From assembly GCA_037442885.1 (NCBI GenBank), contig JBBIPK010000001.1, positions 6,431-70,430 of the forward strand: 64,000 nucleotides of DNA, read 5' to 3'. Below, one piece after another: positions 1 through 9,237 of this stretch. The stretch is from Acidobacteriota bacterium (lineage in GTDB: Bacteria > Acidobacteriota > Terriglobia > Acidiferrales > 2-02-FULL-67-57). Position numbers and translations under genes: made by a program. Below the pieces are notes generated by a model. It did not search any database, was not told the origin of the DNA, and worked only from the letters and a program-made list of their open reading frames with translations. Every line of letters starts with the position of its first letter. The stretch's first letter is position 1.

Positions 1-1
1 C

Positions 2-3000
2 GGCCCGGTGGTGAAGAACCGCTTCTTTGTCTTCGGCACGTTTGAACGCTTGCAAGAGTCGCTCTTCGGCTCGGCCTTCCGCGACATTCCGTCGATGGGG
101 ATGCGCAACGGCGTATTCATGTACCGCTGTCTGGATGATCCGAATAGACCACAATTCGCTAACTGTCCGGATGTGCCGACCCCATTTGTGATCGGCTTGG
201 ATGGCAACCAATATGGAGTGGGGCCTTTCGGCAGTTGCCGCATCGGCACCTCGGGCTGCGGCCCTATCCCGGCCGGAGTCTACGCGCTTTCCCAGGCCGA
301 GCTCCAAGCCCTCGACCCGCTGGGCATCGGCGCCAACGTAAACGTTGCCAACCACAACCAGGGCTTCCCCGAGCCGAATGTGCCAGTCGCCGCGGGTGGA
401 GTCTTTGATCCTTTCAACATCGTCGGCTTTCGTTTTGCTGCCCCCATTGACAACACCTATATGACTTACATCCTGCGCGCTGACGTCAACCTCGATGCGG
501 CCGCCAAACACACCCTCTACTGGCGTGGGACGTTGCAGGACGATGTAACAAACTCGACGCCCCAGTTCCCGGGCCAACCCCCCAGCACGAAGCAGCTCAA
601 TGCCAGCAAGGGGTTTGCCATGGGTTATAAGGCAGTGCTCAATCCTACCACGGTCAATGAATTCCGCTGGGGAATCACCCGCATTAAGGAAGGCACGGCG
701 GGACTGCAGGATCGGGAGTACGTCGACTTCCGCTTTATTTCGAACTTGCAGGATTATGAAAGTGACAGCTTGGGCCGCACGCTGCCCCAATACCACTTCC
801 GCGACGACTTCACGCTCATTCGCGGCAAGCACACTATCGGCATCGGCACCGACCTCCGCTTCACGCGTAACAGCTCGTTCAACAACGGCAACTCTTTCCA
901 ATATTTCCTGACCAATGCTTCCTGGACACCTTTCGGGGGTGCAGAATTGCAGCCAGGCTCTGTCCGTTGCATGCAAGGGGGAACTACCGCGGGGACGCCC
1001 TGCACGTCCCTGCCGATTGTAGCAACGATCTCTGCCTACCGGGACGGGATGATTTCCTTCATGGGAATCATCAGCCAGGCGACGGCTTTCTACAACTTCA
1101 CCCGCACCGGCGCCACGCTGCCCGATGGCAGTTTCGTCCGCCGGAAGTTCGCGGTGGACGAGTACGAGTTCTACGTCCAGGACCAGTGGCGCTTGACCCC
1201 CGCGCTTACCTTCACCTATGGCCTGCGGTACTTCGTTTCTTCTCCACCCTATGAGACGAACGGAAACCAGGTGGTGCCCTTCCCGAACATCCACGACTGG
1301 TTTGAGATGCGACGCGTGCTGATGCTCAATGGCTTGCCGACGAGTCAAGCGGGTTTGTTCACCTTCAATCTGGCTGGGCCGGCGAACAACGGGCCTCACT
1401 ACTATCCCTTTGACTACAATAACTTCTCCCCACGCGTCGCGTTGGCCTGGGCGCCGCGCAACCTGGGCTGGTTCTCCGGCGAGGGCAAGCTGGTCCTGCG
1501 TGGTGGCTATTCACTGGTCTATGACCGCGTGGGCAATGGGCTGGCCACCAGCTTCGACGCCGGCGGCTCCTTCGGGATGGCCTCGAACCTGACGAACAAC
1601 TTGGGTTCCTGCAACCCGGCCACCTGCCCGCGCTTTGTCAGCGTCTTCAATACCTCGTTCCGCGATGGCCCGGACAGCATCCGCGGTACGGCGGACGACT
1701 TCCTACCCCCTTCGCCCGGAGGGGGTTTCCCCGCTACCCCGCCGACGGCCATCGACGTGTCGACTACACTCGACGGCCGCATCGAACATCCCTATGCCCA
1801 CATGTTTAACCTCTCGATCCAGCGGGAGTTTGCCGGCAACTTGGTGGTCGAAGGCGCCTATGTGGGCCGGCGCGGCCGCAAGCTCTTGCTAGCCCAAGAC
1901 AAGGCCATGCCCGCCGACCTCTGTGACCCGGCCTCGGGCGTGTGCTACTTCCAGGCAGCCCAGCAGCTCGTCGCTTATGCAGCCGCCAACACTGGGTTGC
2001 CCGATGGCGGGTTGTCCGCCCTCGGACCGATTGCGTACTGGGAGAACCTGTTTCCCAGTTTCGGGCCCACCGGGGTTAACGGTGGCTGTTTGCAGTGGCA
2101 GGTATTTGGCACGGGGTGTGGCTTTTCTGCCACGCAGGTGGCCTACGACTACCTCATGGGCTATCACGGAGTCTTCGGGGATCCCGGTTTCGGCGCGAGC
2201 ACCTTCCCGCAGGACGTCGACTTTTTCGGTTTCCCGGGGTATATGAATTGCTCCCTAGGCACCGACATTGACGGCGATTCGCTGCCCGATTGCCCGTTCG
2301 CTTTCTTCCCCTCCCAGTACGTGCAGCTGAATGCGTACACCTCGATCGCTCGCTCTGAGTACCACGCGCTGCAGTTGATGCTGCGGAAGCGGATGAGCCA
2401 GGGGGTGCTCTTCAACGTCAACTACACCTGGTCGCACTCGCTCGACCACAGCTCCAACCCTGAGCGTGCTGGGGTGGTTTCTCCGTTCTTCGCCGGCGGC
2501 TACTCCGGCGCGACCATCAACGCCTGGGCGATTGAGAAAGAATACTCCCACTCCGACTTCGACATGCGGCACCAGTTCAACGCCCACTACATCGTCGAGC
2601 TGCCGTTTGGCCGCGGGCGGCGCTTCGGTGCCGATATCCCGGGTGCGGTCAACCAAATTATCGGCGGCTGGGAGGTCTCCGGCATCGTGCGAATCAACAG
2701 CGGGCTTCCAGCCGGCATCATCAACGCGCGTACCTGGCCCACCAACTGGAACCTGCAGGGGAACGCCACCTGCGCCCCGGCGGGTGCCTATCGGCTGGGC
2801 TTGGCCTATGGACCGTGCCCGCCCACTCAGAACGTGAAGAATACGGTGGACGGCCGCGGGCCTAACCTCTTCGCGGACCCCGATGCCGCTCTGCAGCGCT
2901 TTCGCTTCACCGAGCCGGGTGAGCGCGGACTGCGCAATGGCGTACGGGCCGACAGCTATTTCAGCATGGACTTCGCGCTGGCCAAGTCGTTCCCCATCCG

Positions 3001-3172
3001 GGAAAACCACAAGCTGCAGTTCCGCTGGGAAATCTTCAACTTAACGAACTCGACCTACTTCGACGCTGTTTCGCTCTTCGCCCGCATCGACGTTCCATCG
3101 CAGTTCGGAAGCTACTCTTCCGTGATGGGCGGCCCGCGGCGAATGCAGCTCAGCCTGCGGTACGAGTTCTAA
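2..3172 (+). CDS. TonB-dependent outer-membrane receptor, 5'-truncated by the window edge
   Basis: The frame is open from nt 2 with no upstream stop, and the GTG at 8 is only the first start-like codon. The translation aligns block by block with the complete paralog at 17711-21649 ('QFPGQPPST', 'GFAMGYKAVLNPTTVNEFRWGITRIKE' vs 'GFAVGYKALLSPTVVNSFRYGLTRIKE', 'YSHSDFDMRHQ'). It ends in the OMP-type C-terminus 'LRYEF', and a hairpin terminator follows. Confidence 0.85.
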   Translation, partial: GPVVKNRFFVFGTFERLQESLFGSAFRDIPSMGMRNGVFMYRCLDDPNRPQFANCPDVPTPFVIGLDGNQYGVGPFGSCRIGTSGCGPIPAGVYALSQAELQALDPLGIGANVNVANHNQGFPEPNVPVAAGGVFDPFNIVGFRFAAPIDNTYMTYILRADVNLDAAAKHTLYWRGTLQDDVTNSTPQFPGQPPSTKQLNASKGFAMGYKAVLNPTTVNEFRWGITRIKEGTAGLQDREYVDFRFISNLQDYESDSLGRTLPQYHFRDDFTLIRGKHTIGIGTDLRFTRNSSFNNGNSFQYFLTNASWTPFGGAELQPGSVRCMQGGTTAGTPCTSLPIVATISAYRDGMISFMGIISQATAFYNFTRTGATLPDGSFVRRKFAVDEYEFYVQDQWRLTPALTFTYGLRYFVSSPPYETNGNQVVPFPNIHDWFEMRRVLMLNGLPTSQAGLFTFNLAGPANNGPHYYPFDYNNFSPRVALAWAPRNLGWFSGEGKLVLRGGYSLVYDRVGNGLATSFDAGGSFGMASNLTNNLGSCNPATCPRFVSVFNTSFRDGPDSIRGTADDFLPPSPGGGFPATPPTAIDVSTTLDGRIEHPYAHMFNLSIQREFAGNLVVEGAYVGRRGRKLLLAQDKAMPADLCDPASGVCYFQAAQQLVAYAAANTGLPDGGLSALGPIAYWENLFPSFGPTGVNGGCLQWQVFGTGCGFSATQVAYDYLMGYHGVFGDPGFGASTFPQDVDFFGFPGYMNCSLGTDIDGDSLPDCPFAFFPSQYVQLNAYTSIARSEYHALQLMLRKRMSQGVLFNVNYTWSHSLDHSSNPERAGVVSPFFAGGYSGATINAWAIEKEYSHSDFDMRHQFNAHYIVELPFGRGRRFGADIPGAVNQIIGGWEVSGIVRINSGLPAGIINARTWPTNWNLQGNATCAPAGAYRLGLAYGPCPPTQNVKNTVDGRGPNLFADPDAALQRFRFTEPGERGLRNGVRADSYFSMDFALAKSFPIRENHKLQFRWEIFNLTNSTYFDAVSLFARIDVPSQFGSYSSVMGGPRRMQLSLRYEF

Positions 3173-3192
3173 ACTCGTAGCGCAAACAATTT

Positions 3193-3232
3193 GGCCCCGT
3201 CCTGATGCGTTCGGGACGGGGCCTTCGTTTTT
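3193..3232 (+). terminator. Rho-independent terminator after the first TonB-dependent receptor
   Basis: Stem ggccccgtcc (3193-3202) pairs with ggacggggcc (3214-3223). It is followed by ttcgttttt, 20 nt after the stop codon. Confidence 0.7.
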
Positions 3233-3283
3233 ACACTTATTTCGACGTCCTCTGCGCCTCTGCGGTTCGGTCCTTCTGATTGC

Positions 3284-5857
3284 CTATTCTTGTTTCTGGA
3301 GCCGCTCGTAGACGGCGCGCGCCTTCTGCAGGATCTCCAACGTCGCTTGCTTCTCGGCTGCGGTGTTCCAGCCGGTGTGGCGGAGGGTGTTTTCGATGAT
3401 GCGGTCAATCCAGGCCACAAAATAGGCAGCGTCCTCGGGCGAACGCGGCGGCGCGCCGCCTAGAGTGATGTAGATGGGGCTGGTGGTGGCGTAGGGATAG
3501 ATGTCGAGGATGGGATAGGCGGCGCGCTCGCTCCAGGCGCGCAGCAGGCACCAGCCGCTGCGGGCTAGCGGAAAGGTTCCGGCGACATCGGCAGCGTCGC
3601 GGCTGGCCGAGAGCTCGAGTTTTCGTACCACCTGACCGTTGCAGACGATTTCCAGGTGGTCAACCGGAACGAGGGAGCGCAGCGTGGCCGTAAAGGGAAC
3701 GCTCGGCTCGCCCCCGGGTAGCTTCAATTCATCGCCGATTCCCTTTCCGCCCAGCGTGAAGCGCAGCAGCGGGCCGTTGGTGGCGAAGGTACGCCCACGC
3801 CGCAGCCCGTCCAGCCACGGCTTGAGTTCGAGCGGCCCTGTCGGCACTGCCACATGAACTCGATTCAAACCCACGGGCCCGCGCAGGGAGGCGAAGTTGG
3901 CCATCGCATCGGTGCCCGCGCCCGCCGGGATGCGAAAGCCGAGATTCAGCAGCCGGTACCAGACGGCCGCCGTGGCGCGGTGGTCGCTGAAGCCCAGCAC
4001 CTCGAGGTAATCGAGCTTGCCCAGCGCCGCGTCCACCGGCAGGGCGTGGGTGATGCGCGCACTTTGCACACCGGGATCCCCCGCCCGCCCCGGCTGGGCC
4101 CGGGTGGTTCCCCGCGGGTCCGGTTCGGCCTCGAACGGGTGCACGTAGCCCACCAGCGCGCCCTGCGCGTGCGCCAGGTCGGCGATCAGGGAGTTGTGGG
4201 GATAGAGGCTGGCGGCGGCGGTATTCGGGTAGCCGGCGTAGTCGGGAAGCAGCAGGTGTTCGGTGAGGTTGAGCAGTCCCATATGACCCCAGAAGCCGGT
4301 GTGGAACTCCTGGCCGTGCAGCAGGAGCGTGTCCGCGGTTGAGGCAGGATCCAGGCGTCCGCTGAAGTGCTCCACGTCAGGAATTCGCTGCTCCTTGTTG
4401 ACGATGAGATTGTGCACCACGCCCAGGTTTTCTGCCTGCGCCTGCGCCACGAGATTCGCCGGCGTGTTCCGATAGGCGCCACCGTAATTCATATGCACGT
4501 GCAGGTCGCCGCTCACCCACTGCGCTGTGGCCTCTTCCGGCAGGGGCAACGGCCGGAGACGAACAATGAGAGAAACCTGAGCATTGGGCTCCACGCGCAG
4601 CTCGCGCCGCTCGATCCGATGCTCAAAGCCCTTCAGAACTTCGACCGTTACGCGTCCGGACGGCACAGTGATCTCGCTGGGTTGCAGCAAGTGAAAGTAA
4701 TAGGCTTCAAAGCGGCGCTCGGGACGATTCACGCTGTCATCGGCGTGAATCCAAGCCCCGTCGGGCGCGTAGGCGCGGCCGTCGTCTCCGAGAACTGAGA
4801 CGCGCGCCGGAGTCGGCTTCCCCGCTGCATCCTGCACCGCAAGGCGCAGCTGCCCCATCGGTTTCAGGTAGCGGCGCTCTTTCACCGATAACGGCCACTG
4901 CTTCCCGCTCAGAACTTCCTGAATCCACAACTCCGTGTTCCCGTTTCGGTTGGAGATGAAAGCGATGCGCTGGCCATCCGGCGACCAACGCGCAGCGGTA
5001 TTGTCGTAGTCGCCATAGGAAATGGGGAACGCATCGCCACCCTCGGCCGGGAGGAGCCAGAGCTGATGCCACTGCCGCCCCGCGTAGGAGCTGTAGACGA
5101 CGCGCTTGCCGTCGGGCGACCAGTCCGGCCGCGCTTTCCAGGTGGTTTCCTCATAATGGATTTCCCGCGGCTCGGCGCCAGGTTCAGCCTTCATCCGCCA
5201 CAGCCCGCCCGTCCCGTAGAGGCGGCCGCGATTCGAAACGAAGATCAACTCGCTGCCATCGGGCGACCAGGTGGGGCTGATCTCGTGATCGAACGGGCTG
5301 TAGTAGTAGCGCGGCAGCTCCGTGCGCGTCTCCCCGGTCAGCCGTCTGATCGACTCCAGCCGGCCCTCCGTGAATTCCCCGACAAAGATGTGGAAGCGCT
5401 GATTGTAGGCCGTGGAGACAAAGGCCAGGCGGCGACCGTCGGGCGACCACCGCGGCTCCAGATTCACCGCGCCGCCCTCGGTGAGCTGACGCGTCTTTCC
5501 CGTTGCGACTTCCAGGGCGTAGAGCACGAGCGCCTGCCCGTCATAGGAGCAGTAGGAAATCCAGCGACCATCGGGTGACCAATCGGGCTGGTAGTCGTAG
5601 CCCGGTCCGGCGGTGAGCTGCTCGGCGACGCTGGAACCGAGCCGCTGCCGCCACAGTGACCCGGCCATGGAATAGACGACCCATTGCGAATCCGGCGACC
5701 AGGCAACCGCACTGGGCCCGCTGGTGAGCTGGGGCAGGTACATCTCGCGATAGTAGTAGGGATGGGGAAGGTCGATCTGTTTGAGCACGGGCTCGCGCAC
5801 AGCGCGGCCGCTGGCCGCCAGCGCGAGGACGGCAAAGACAAGCAGACTTTTCCGCAT
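3284..5857 (-). CDS. Secreted PD40/TolB-type beta-propeller protein fused to a CehA/McbA-like (PHP-superfamily) metallohydrolase domain
   Basis: Signal peptide 'MRKSLLVFAVLALAASG'. The N-terminal half has six 'WSPDG/WSPDS' propeller repeats. The C-terminal half has 'GDLHVHMNYGG', 'HGQEFHTGFWGHMG' and 'GYVHPF' metal-ligand-like motifs. Confidence 0.8.
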   Translation of the reverse strand: MRKSLLVFAVLALAASGRAVREPVLKQIDLPHPYYYREMYLPQLTSGPSAVAWSPDSQWVVYSMAGSLWRQRLGSSVAEQLTAGPGYDYQPDWSPDGRWISYCSYDGQALVLYALEVATGKTRQLTEGGAVNLEPRWSPDGRRLAFVSTAYNQRFHIFVGEFTEGRLESIRRLTGETRTELPRYYYSPFDHEISPTWSPDGSELIFVSNRGRLYGTGGLWRMKAEPGAEPREIHYEETTWKARPDWSPDGKRVVYSSYAGRQWHQLWLLPAEGGDAFPISYGDYDNTAARWSPDGQRIAFISNRNGNTELWIQEVLSGKQWPLSVKERRYLKPMGQLRLAVQDAAGKPTPARVSVLGDDGRAYAPDGAWIHADDSVNRPERRFEAYYFHLLQPSEITVPSGRVTVEVLKGFEHRIERRELRVEPNAQVSLIVRLRPLPLPEEATAQWVSGDLHVHMNYGGAYRNTPANLVAQAQAENLGVVHNLIVNKEQRIPDVEHFSGRLDPASTADTLLLHGQEFHTGFWGHMGLLNLTEHLLLPDYAGYPNTAAASLYPHNSLIADLAHAQGALVGYVHPFEAEPDPRGTTRAQPGRAGDPGVQSARITHALPVDAALGKLDYLEVLGFSDHRATAAVWYRLLNLGFRIPAGAGTDAMANFASLRGPVGLNRVHVAVPTGPLELKPWLDGLRRGRTFATNGPLLRFTLGGKGIGDELKLPGGEPSVPFTATLRSLVPVDHLEIVCNGQVVRKLELSASRDAADVAGTFPLARSGWCLLRAWSERAAYPILDIYPYATTSPIYITLGGAPPRSPEDAAYFVAWIDRIIENTLRHTGWNTAAEKQATLEILQKARAVYERLQKQE

Positions 5858-5891
5858 CAGCGCACCCTAGGCAGGGAGAAAGAGCCAGGGA

Positions 5892-7979
5892 TTAGTTCGC
5901 CGGCTTCGCGGCTGGTGCCGGCTCTTCTCCCTTCACGTATTTCGCGTACCAGGCGAGATACCGCTCGTAGAGATCCTTGCGATACGAAGGCTTCTCAATG
6001 CCGTGAAACTGCCCCGGATAGACCACGAGTTGCGTCGTGCGGCCCAGACGCCGCAGCGATTGATAGAGCTGTTCGGAGTTCATGATGGGAACGTTCCAGT
6101 CCTTCTCCCCGCCCATCACCAGCGTGGGCGTGACGATATTCTCGACCGCGTTGAACGGCGAAAGCTTCTCCCACAGCGCCCGATTCTTCCACGGCAGGCC
6201 GAGTTCGTACTCCCACCAGCGCTGGTAGTGGTCGTGGCCATAGTTGGCAACGTAGAGAACCTCGCTGGCGCCGGTGATGGCTGCCTTGAAGCGATTCGAC
6301 TTGGTGATGACGTAGTTGGTCAGAATGCCCCCGTAGGACCACCCGCCGACGCCCAGTCGCTCGGGGTCGGCGTAGCCCTTCGCGATCGCAGAGTCCACGC
6401 CGGCCATGACGTCCTCGTAGTCTTTGTTCCCCCAGTCGGCAAAAATCGCCTGGCAGAAGGCCTGGCCGTAGCCGGAGGAGCCGCGCGGATTCACCATCAC
6501 GACCACATAGCCGTTGGCCGCAAACAACTGCGCCTCGAAGTTGAAGCTGTAGTCGTACTGCGCCACCGGGCCGCCGTGAATGCGCAGCAGCGTGGGATAG
6601 CGCTGGCCGGGCTTGAAGTCCGGCGGCTTGTAGAGAAACGCCTCCACGGGTGTGCCATCTTTGCTGGTGAAGCGAACCTTTTCTACCTCGCCCAGGCGGA
6701 GCTGGGCGATGAATGCGTCATTGGTCGTGGTCAATTGCCGGAGCTTGTTCCCTTGCAGGACAAAGACCTCTCCGGGCAAGTTCGGTTCACTGAGGCGGGC
6801 CACAACGCTGCCCTCGGCGCCCAGATCGTAGTCCGTGACCACGCGCAGCCCGGCAAGCACGCGCGCCACCTCGCCCCCGCTTGCCGCCATCCGCGCCAGA
6901 TGCTGCTGCCCGCTGTCCTCCACCACGAAGTAAATCCACTGCCCGTCAGAGGAAAAGCGGGGGTCCTCCACGTTGCGGTCGAGCTTGTCGGTCAAGATGC
7001 GCGCCGCGCCTCCCTGCGCAGAAACGACCGCGAGGTGATACGTCGCGTAGTGCAGCGCCTTCACATCCGTGGCGCTCCGGTAGGTCACCCACTTCCCGTC
7101 CGGACTCCACGCGGGCGCGCGGTGGCGTCCCGGAGCTGCCGTCAGCTTCACCAGCGTCTTGGCCGGTTCCGGACTGTCGACCTCCACTCGCCAGATGTCG
7201 GTGTTCTCGGTGGTGTCCTGGTCAGCATCGCGATAGCTCACAAAAGCGATGAAGCGCCCGTCGGGCGACCAAGCCGGTTCGCGGTCGTCCCAGTCGCCGA
7301 AGGTCACCTGTTTCAATTGCTTCGTGGCCAGGTCGAACGTGTAGAGATGGGTGCGCCGCCGATCGAGATAGCCCACATAGTCCTGCTTGAACTGCAGCCG
7401 GTCAATCACCCACGGTGGCTGAGTCTTGGGCTTGGCCGGTGCTGTTGGCGGCCCTTCCGATTCCTCGATCTCCTCAGGTTTCGGGTCGCGAATCACGAGG
7501 AGCAGGCGTTTCCCGTCCGGCGACCACTCATACGACTGCACACCTTGCTTGACTGCCGTCAGTTGCTGCGCCTCGCCACCGTTTCGGTCAAGCAACCACA
7601 CTTGGGTCTTGCTCCCGCGGTCAGCCAAGAATGCCAGATACTTTCCGTCCGGGCTCCAGCGCGGGCGCGAGGCCGAGCTGCCCTTCGCCGTCATGGGGAT
7701 GGCCTCTCCCCCTGCTGTGGGAATCATCCAGACCTGGGTTTCCGATTTCTCTTCCTTCAAGCTTGTGGTTGTAATTGTGTAAGCCACCCAGCGCCCTTCG
7801 GGGCTGAGTTGCGGGTCCTGGACGCGCTTCAACTGGAAGAAATCGTCCACCACCAGAGAGCGCGGGCTCTCCGCAGCTGGCTTCGTCTGCGCGGAAAGAA
7901 TCCCGGGCAGAACCAGCAGGCTTGCCACCAGCAGCCAGGTGCAGTGTCGCGCGCAGCCACGAGACCCCAGGCGTTTCAT
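5892..7979 (-). CDS. S9 family serine peptidase (prolyl oligopeptidase/acylaminoacyl peptidase type) with an N-terminal PD40 propeller
   Basis: Six 'SP(D/E)G' propeller repeats, the nucleophile elbow 'GGWSYGG', and downstream 'GEKDWNVP' and 'QFHG'. The start is set at ATG 7979 (MKRLGSRG..., signal peptide), preceded by the strong SD AAGGAGGG. The track start at 8135 would overlap the divergent Rieske gene. Confidence 0.88.
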   Translation of the reverse strand: MKRLGSRGCARHCTWLLVASLLVLPGILSAQTKPAAESPRSLVVDDFFQLKRVQDPQLSPEGRWVAYTITTTSLKEEKSETQVWMIPTAGGEAIPMTAKGSSASRPRWSPDGKYLAFLADRGSKTQVWLLDRNGGEAQQLTAVKQGVQSYEWSPDGKRLLLVIRDPKPEEIEESEGPPTAPAKPKTQPPWVIDRLQFKQDYVGYLDRRRTHLYTFDLATKQLKQVTFGDWDDREPAWSPDGRFIAFVSYRDADQDTTENTDIWRVEVDSPEPAKTLVKLTAAPGRHRAPAWSPDGKWVTYRSATDVKALHYATYHLAVVSAQGGAARILTDKLDRNVEDPRFSSDGQWIYFVVEDSGQQHLARMAASGGEVARVLAGLRVVTDYDLGAEGSVVARLSEPNLPGEVFVLQGNKLRQLTTTNDAFIAQLRLGEVEKVRFTSKDGTPVEAFLYKPPDFKPGQRYPTLLRIHGGPVAQYDYSFNFEAQLFAANGYVVVMVNPRGSSGYGQAFCQAIFADWGNKDYEDVMAGVDSAIAKGYADPERLGVGGWSYGGILTNYVITKSNRFKAAITGASEVLYVANYGHDHYQRWWEYELGLPWKNRALWEKLSPFNAVENIVTPTLVMGGEKDWNVPIMNSEQLYQSLRRLGRTTQLVVYPGQFHGIEKPSYRKDLYERYLAWYAKYVKGEEPAPAAKPAN

Positions 7980-8103
7980 CGCCACCCTCCTTTTCCTCGC
8001 GAAATCCGCGGGCAGGGACGCTAAAATAGGAAGCGTTTTTATATCATAGAAACTCGGCCCGGGCCTGTCGGGAAAGCCCAGGCCGGGCAGAGGGAATCGA
8101 GCG

Positions 8104-9231
8104 ATGAGCACAGCCGCGGTAACCCAAGCTTCCAACCTCCCTGGGAAGCTCTACCACAACGAGGAGATCTATCAGCGCGAGCTCGAGCGCATCTTCTTCC
8201 GCTCCTGGCTCTGTGTGGGACGCGAAGAGGATCTGCCGGAGCCCGGCAGTTTTCTCACGCGCAGTGTGGGCAACGAGAGTGTCATCGTGGCGCGCAACAA
8301 CGACCGCAGCCTGCACGCGTTCTACAACATCTGCCGGCATCGGGGCTCCCGCCTGATCAGCGAGCCCGAAGGCAATCGGCGCGTTCTGCAGTGCCCCTAC
8401 CACTCCTGGTCCTACGCGCTCGACGGCAAGCTGGTGGGCGCGCCCCATACGGAGAACCTGAAGAACTTCGACCGGGACGACTACTCCCTGCTCGGCCTTC
8501 AGCTTGACACCTGGGCGGGCTTCCTTTTCGTCAAGTTCACCAGCGGCCCGCCCGCCTTGCAACGCTACCTGGGCGACCTCGTCGGGAAGTTCGAGCGCGT
8601 GCCGCTGGCCGAGTTGCGGCGCGGTGGGCGGCAGGTTTATGAGGTAGCCGCGAATTGGAAGGTCCTCTGCGAAAATTTCTCCGAATGCTACCACTGCCCG
8701 ACCATCCACCCGGAGTTGAGCCGCATCACCTTCTACCGCAGTGCCCAGAACGACTCCTTCCTGAACGGCAGAGACCGTCACGGCAGCTACAGCGGCGGGT
8801 GGATGGAGCTCGCCGCGGGCTGCGACTCGATGACTCTGACCGGGCGCACGAACCGGCCGCCGCTGCGCGGCCTCACAGAAGAGGATAGACGACACATCCA
8901 CTACTACCTGATTTTCCCCAACCTCTTTTTCAGTCTCCACCCCGACTATCTGATGATCCACACGGTCTGGCCGAAGGGGCCGCAGCAGGCCACCGTCAGC
9001 AATGAATTCTTCTTCGAACCCGAGACCATGGCGCGGGCCGACTTCGACCCCAGCGACGCTGTGGGCATCTGGGACATTATCAACCGGCAGGATTGGGAGG
9101 CGTGCGAGCGCGTGCAGTTGGGGATGATGTCGCGCGCATCGCTGCCCGGCCGCTACAGCGAGATGGAGTCCCTCGTCTACGACTTCGACCGCTACGTCCT
9201 CAAGCTGTTGGGCCGGAAAGGCAAGAACTGA
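8104..9231 (+). CDS. Rieske [2Fe-2S] non-heme iron oxygenase, alpha-subunit-like
   Basis: Rieske motif 'CRHRGSRL...CPYHSWSY' and mononuclear iron motif 'ENFSECYHCPTIHPEL'. No beta subunit or reductase lies adjacent. Confidence 0.88.
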   Translation: MSTAAVTQASNLPGKLYHNEEIYQRELERIFFRSWLCVGREEDLPEPGSFLTRSVGNESVIVARNNDRSLHAFYNICRHRGSRLISEPEGNRRVLQCPYHSWSYALDGKLVGAPHTENLKNFDRDDYSLLGLQLDTWAGFLFVKFTSGPPALQRYLGDLVGKFERVPLAELRRGGRQVYEVAANWKVLCENFSECYHCPTIHPELSRITFYRSAQNDSFLNGRDRHGSYSGGWMELAAGCDSMTLTGRTNRPPLRGLTEEDRRHIHYYLIFPNLFFSLHPDYLMIHTVWPKGPQQATVSNEFFFEPETMARADFDPSDAVGIWDIINRQDWEACERVQLGMMSRASLPGRYSEMESLVYDFDRYVLKLLGRKGKN

Positions 9232-9237
9232 CCCGGC

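Noticed and set aside
6003-8024. A 673-aa plus-strand ORF. Similar long ORFs lie at 8044-8961(-), 9310-10482(+), 12765-13811(-), 14047-15798(+), 18242-19099(-), 19265-20419(-), 20450-21829(-), 21162-22712(+), 33470-34219(-), 36785-37729(+), 37861-38667(+), 38716-39357(+), 39492-40448(+), 50874-52181(+), 54690-55451(-), 55175-56257(-), 58207-58914(-), 59190-59906(-), 59937-60728(-), 60729-61637(-) and 61674-62372(-).
   Set aside because: Each lies antisense to a gene with clear family motifs. Their translations are Arg/Gly/Ala/Pro-rich and low-complexity, with no motifs. Stop-free antisense frames like these are expected in high-GC DNA.
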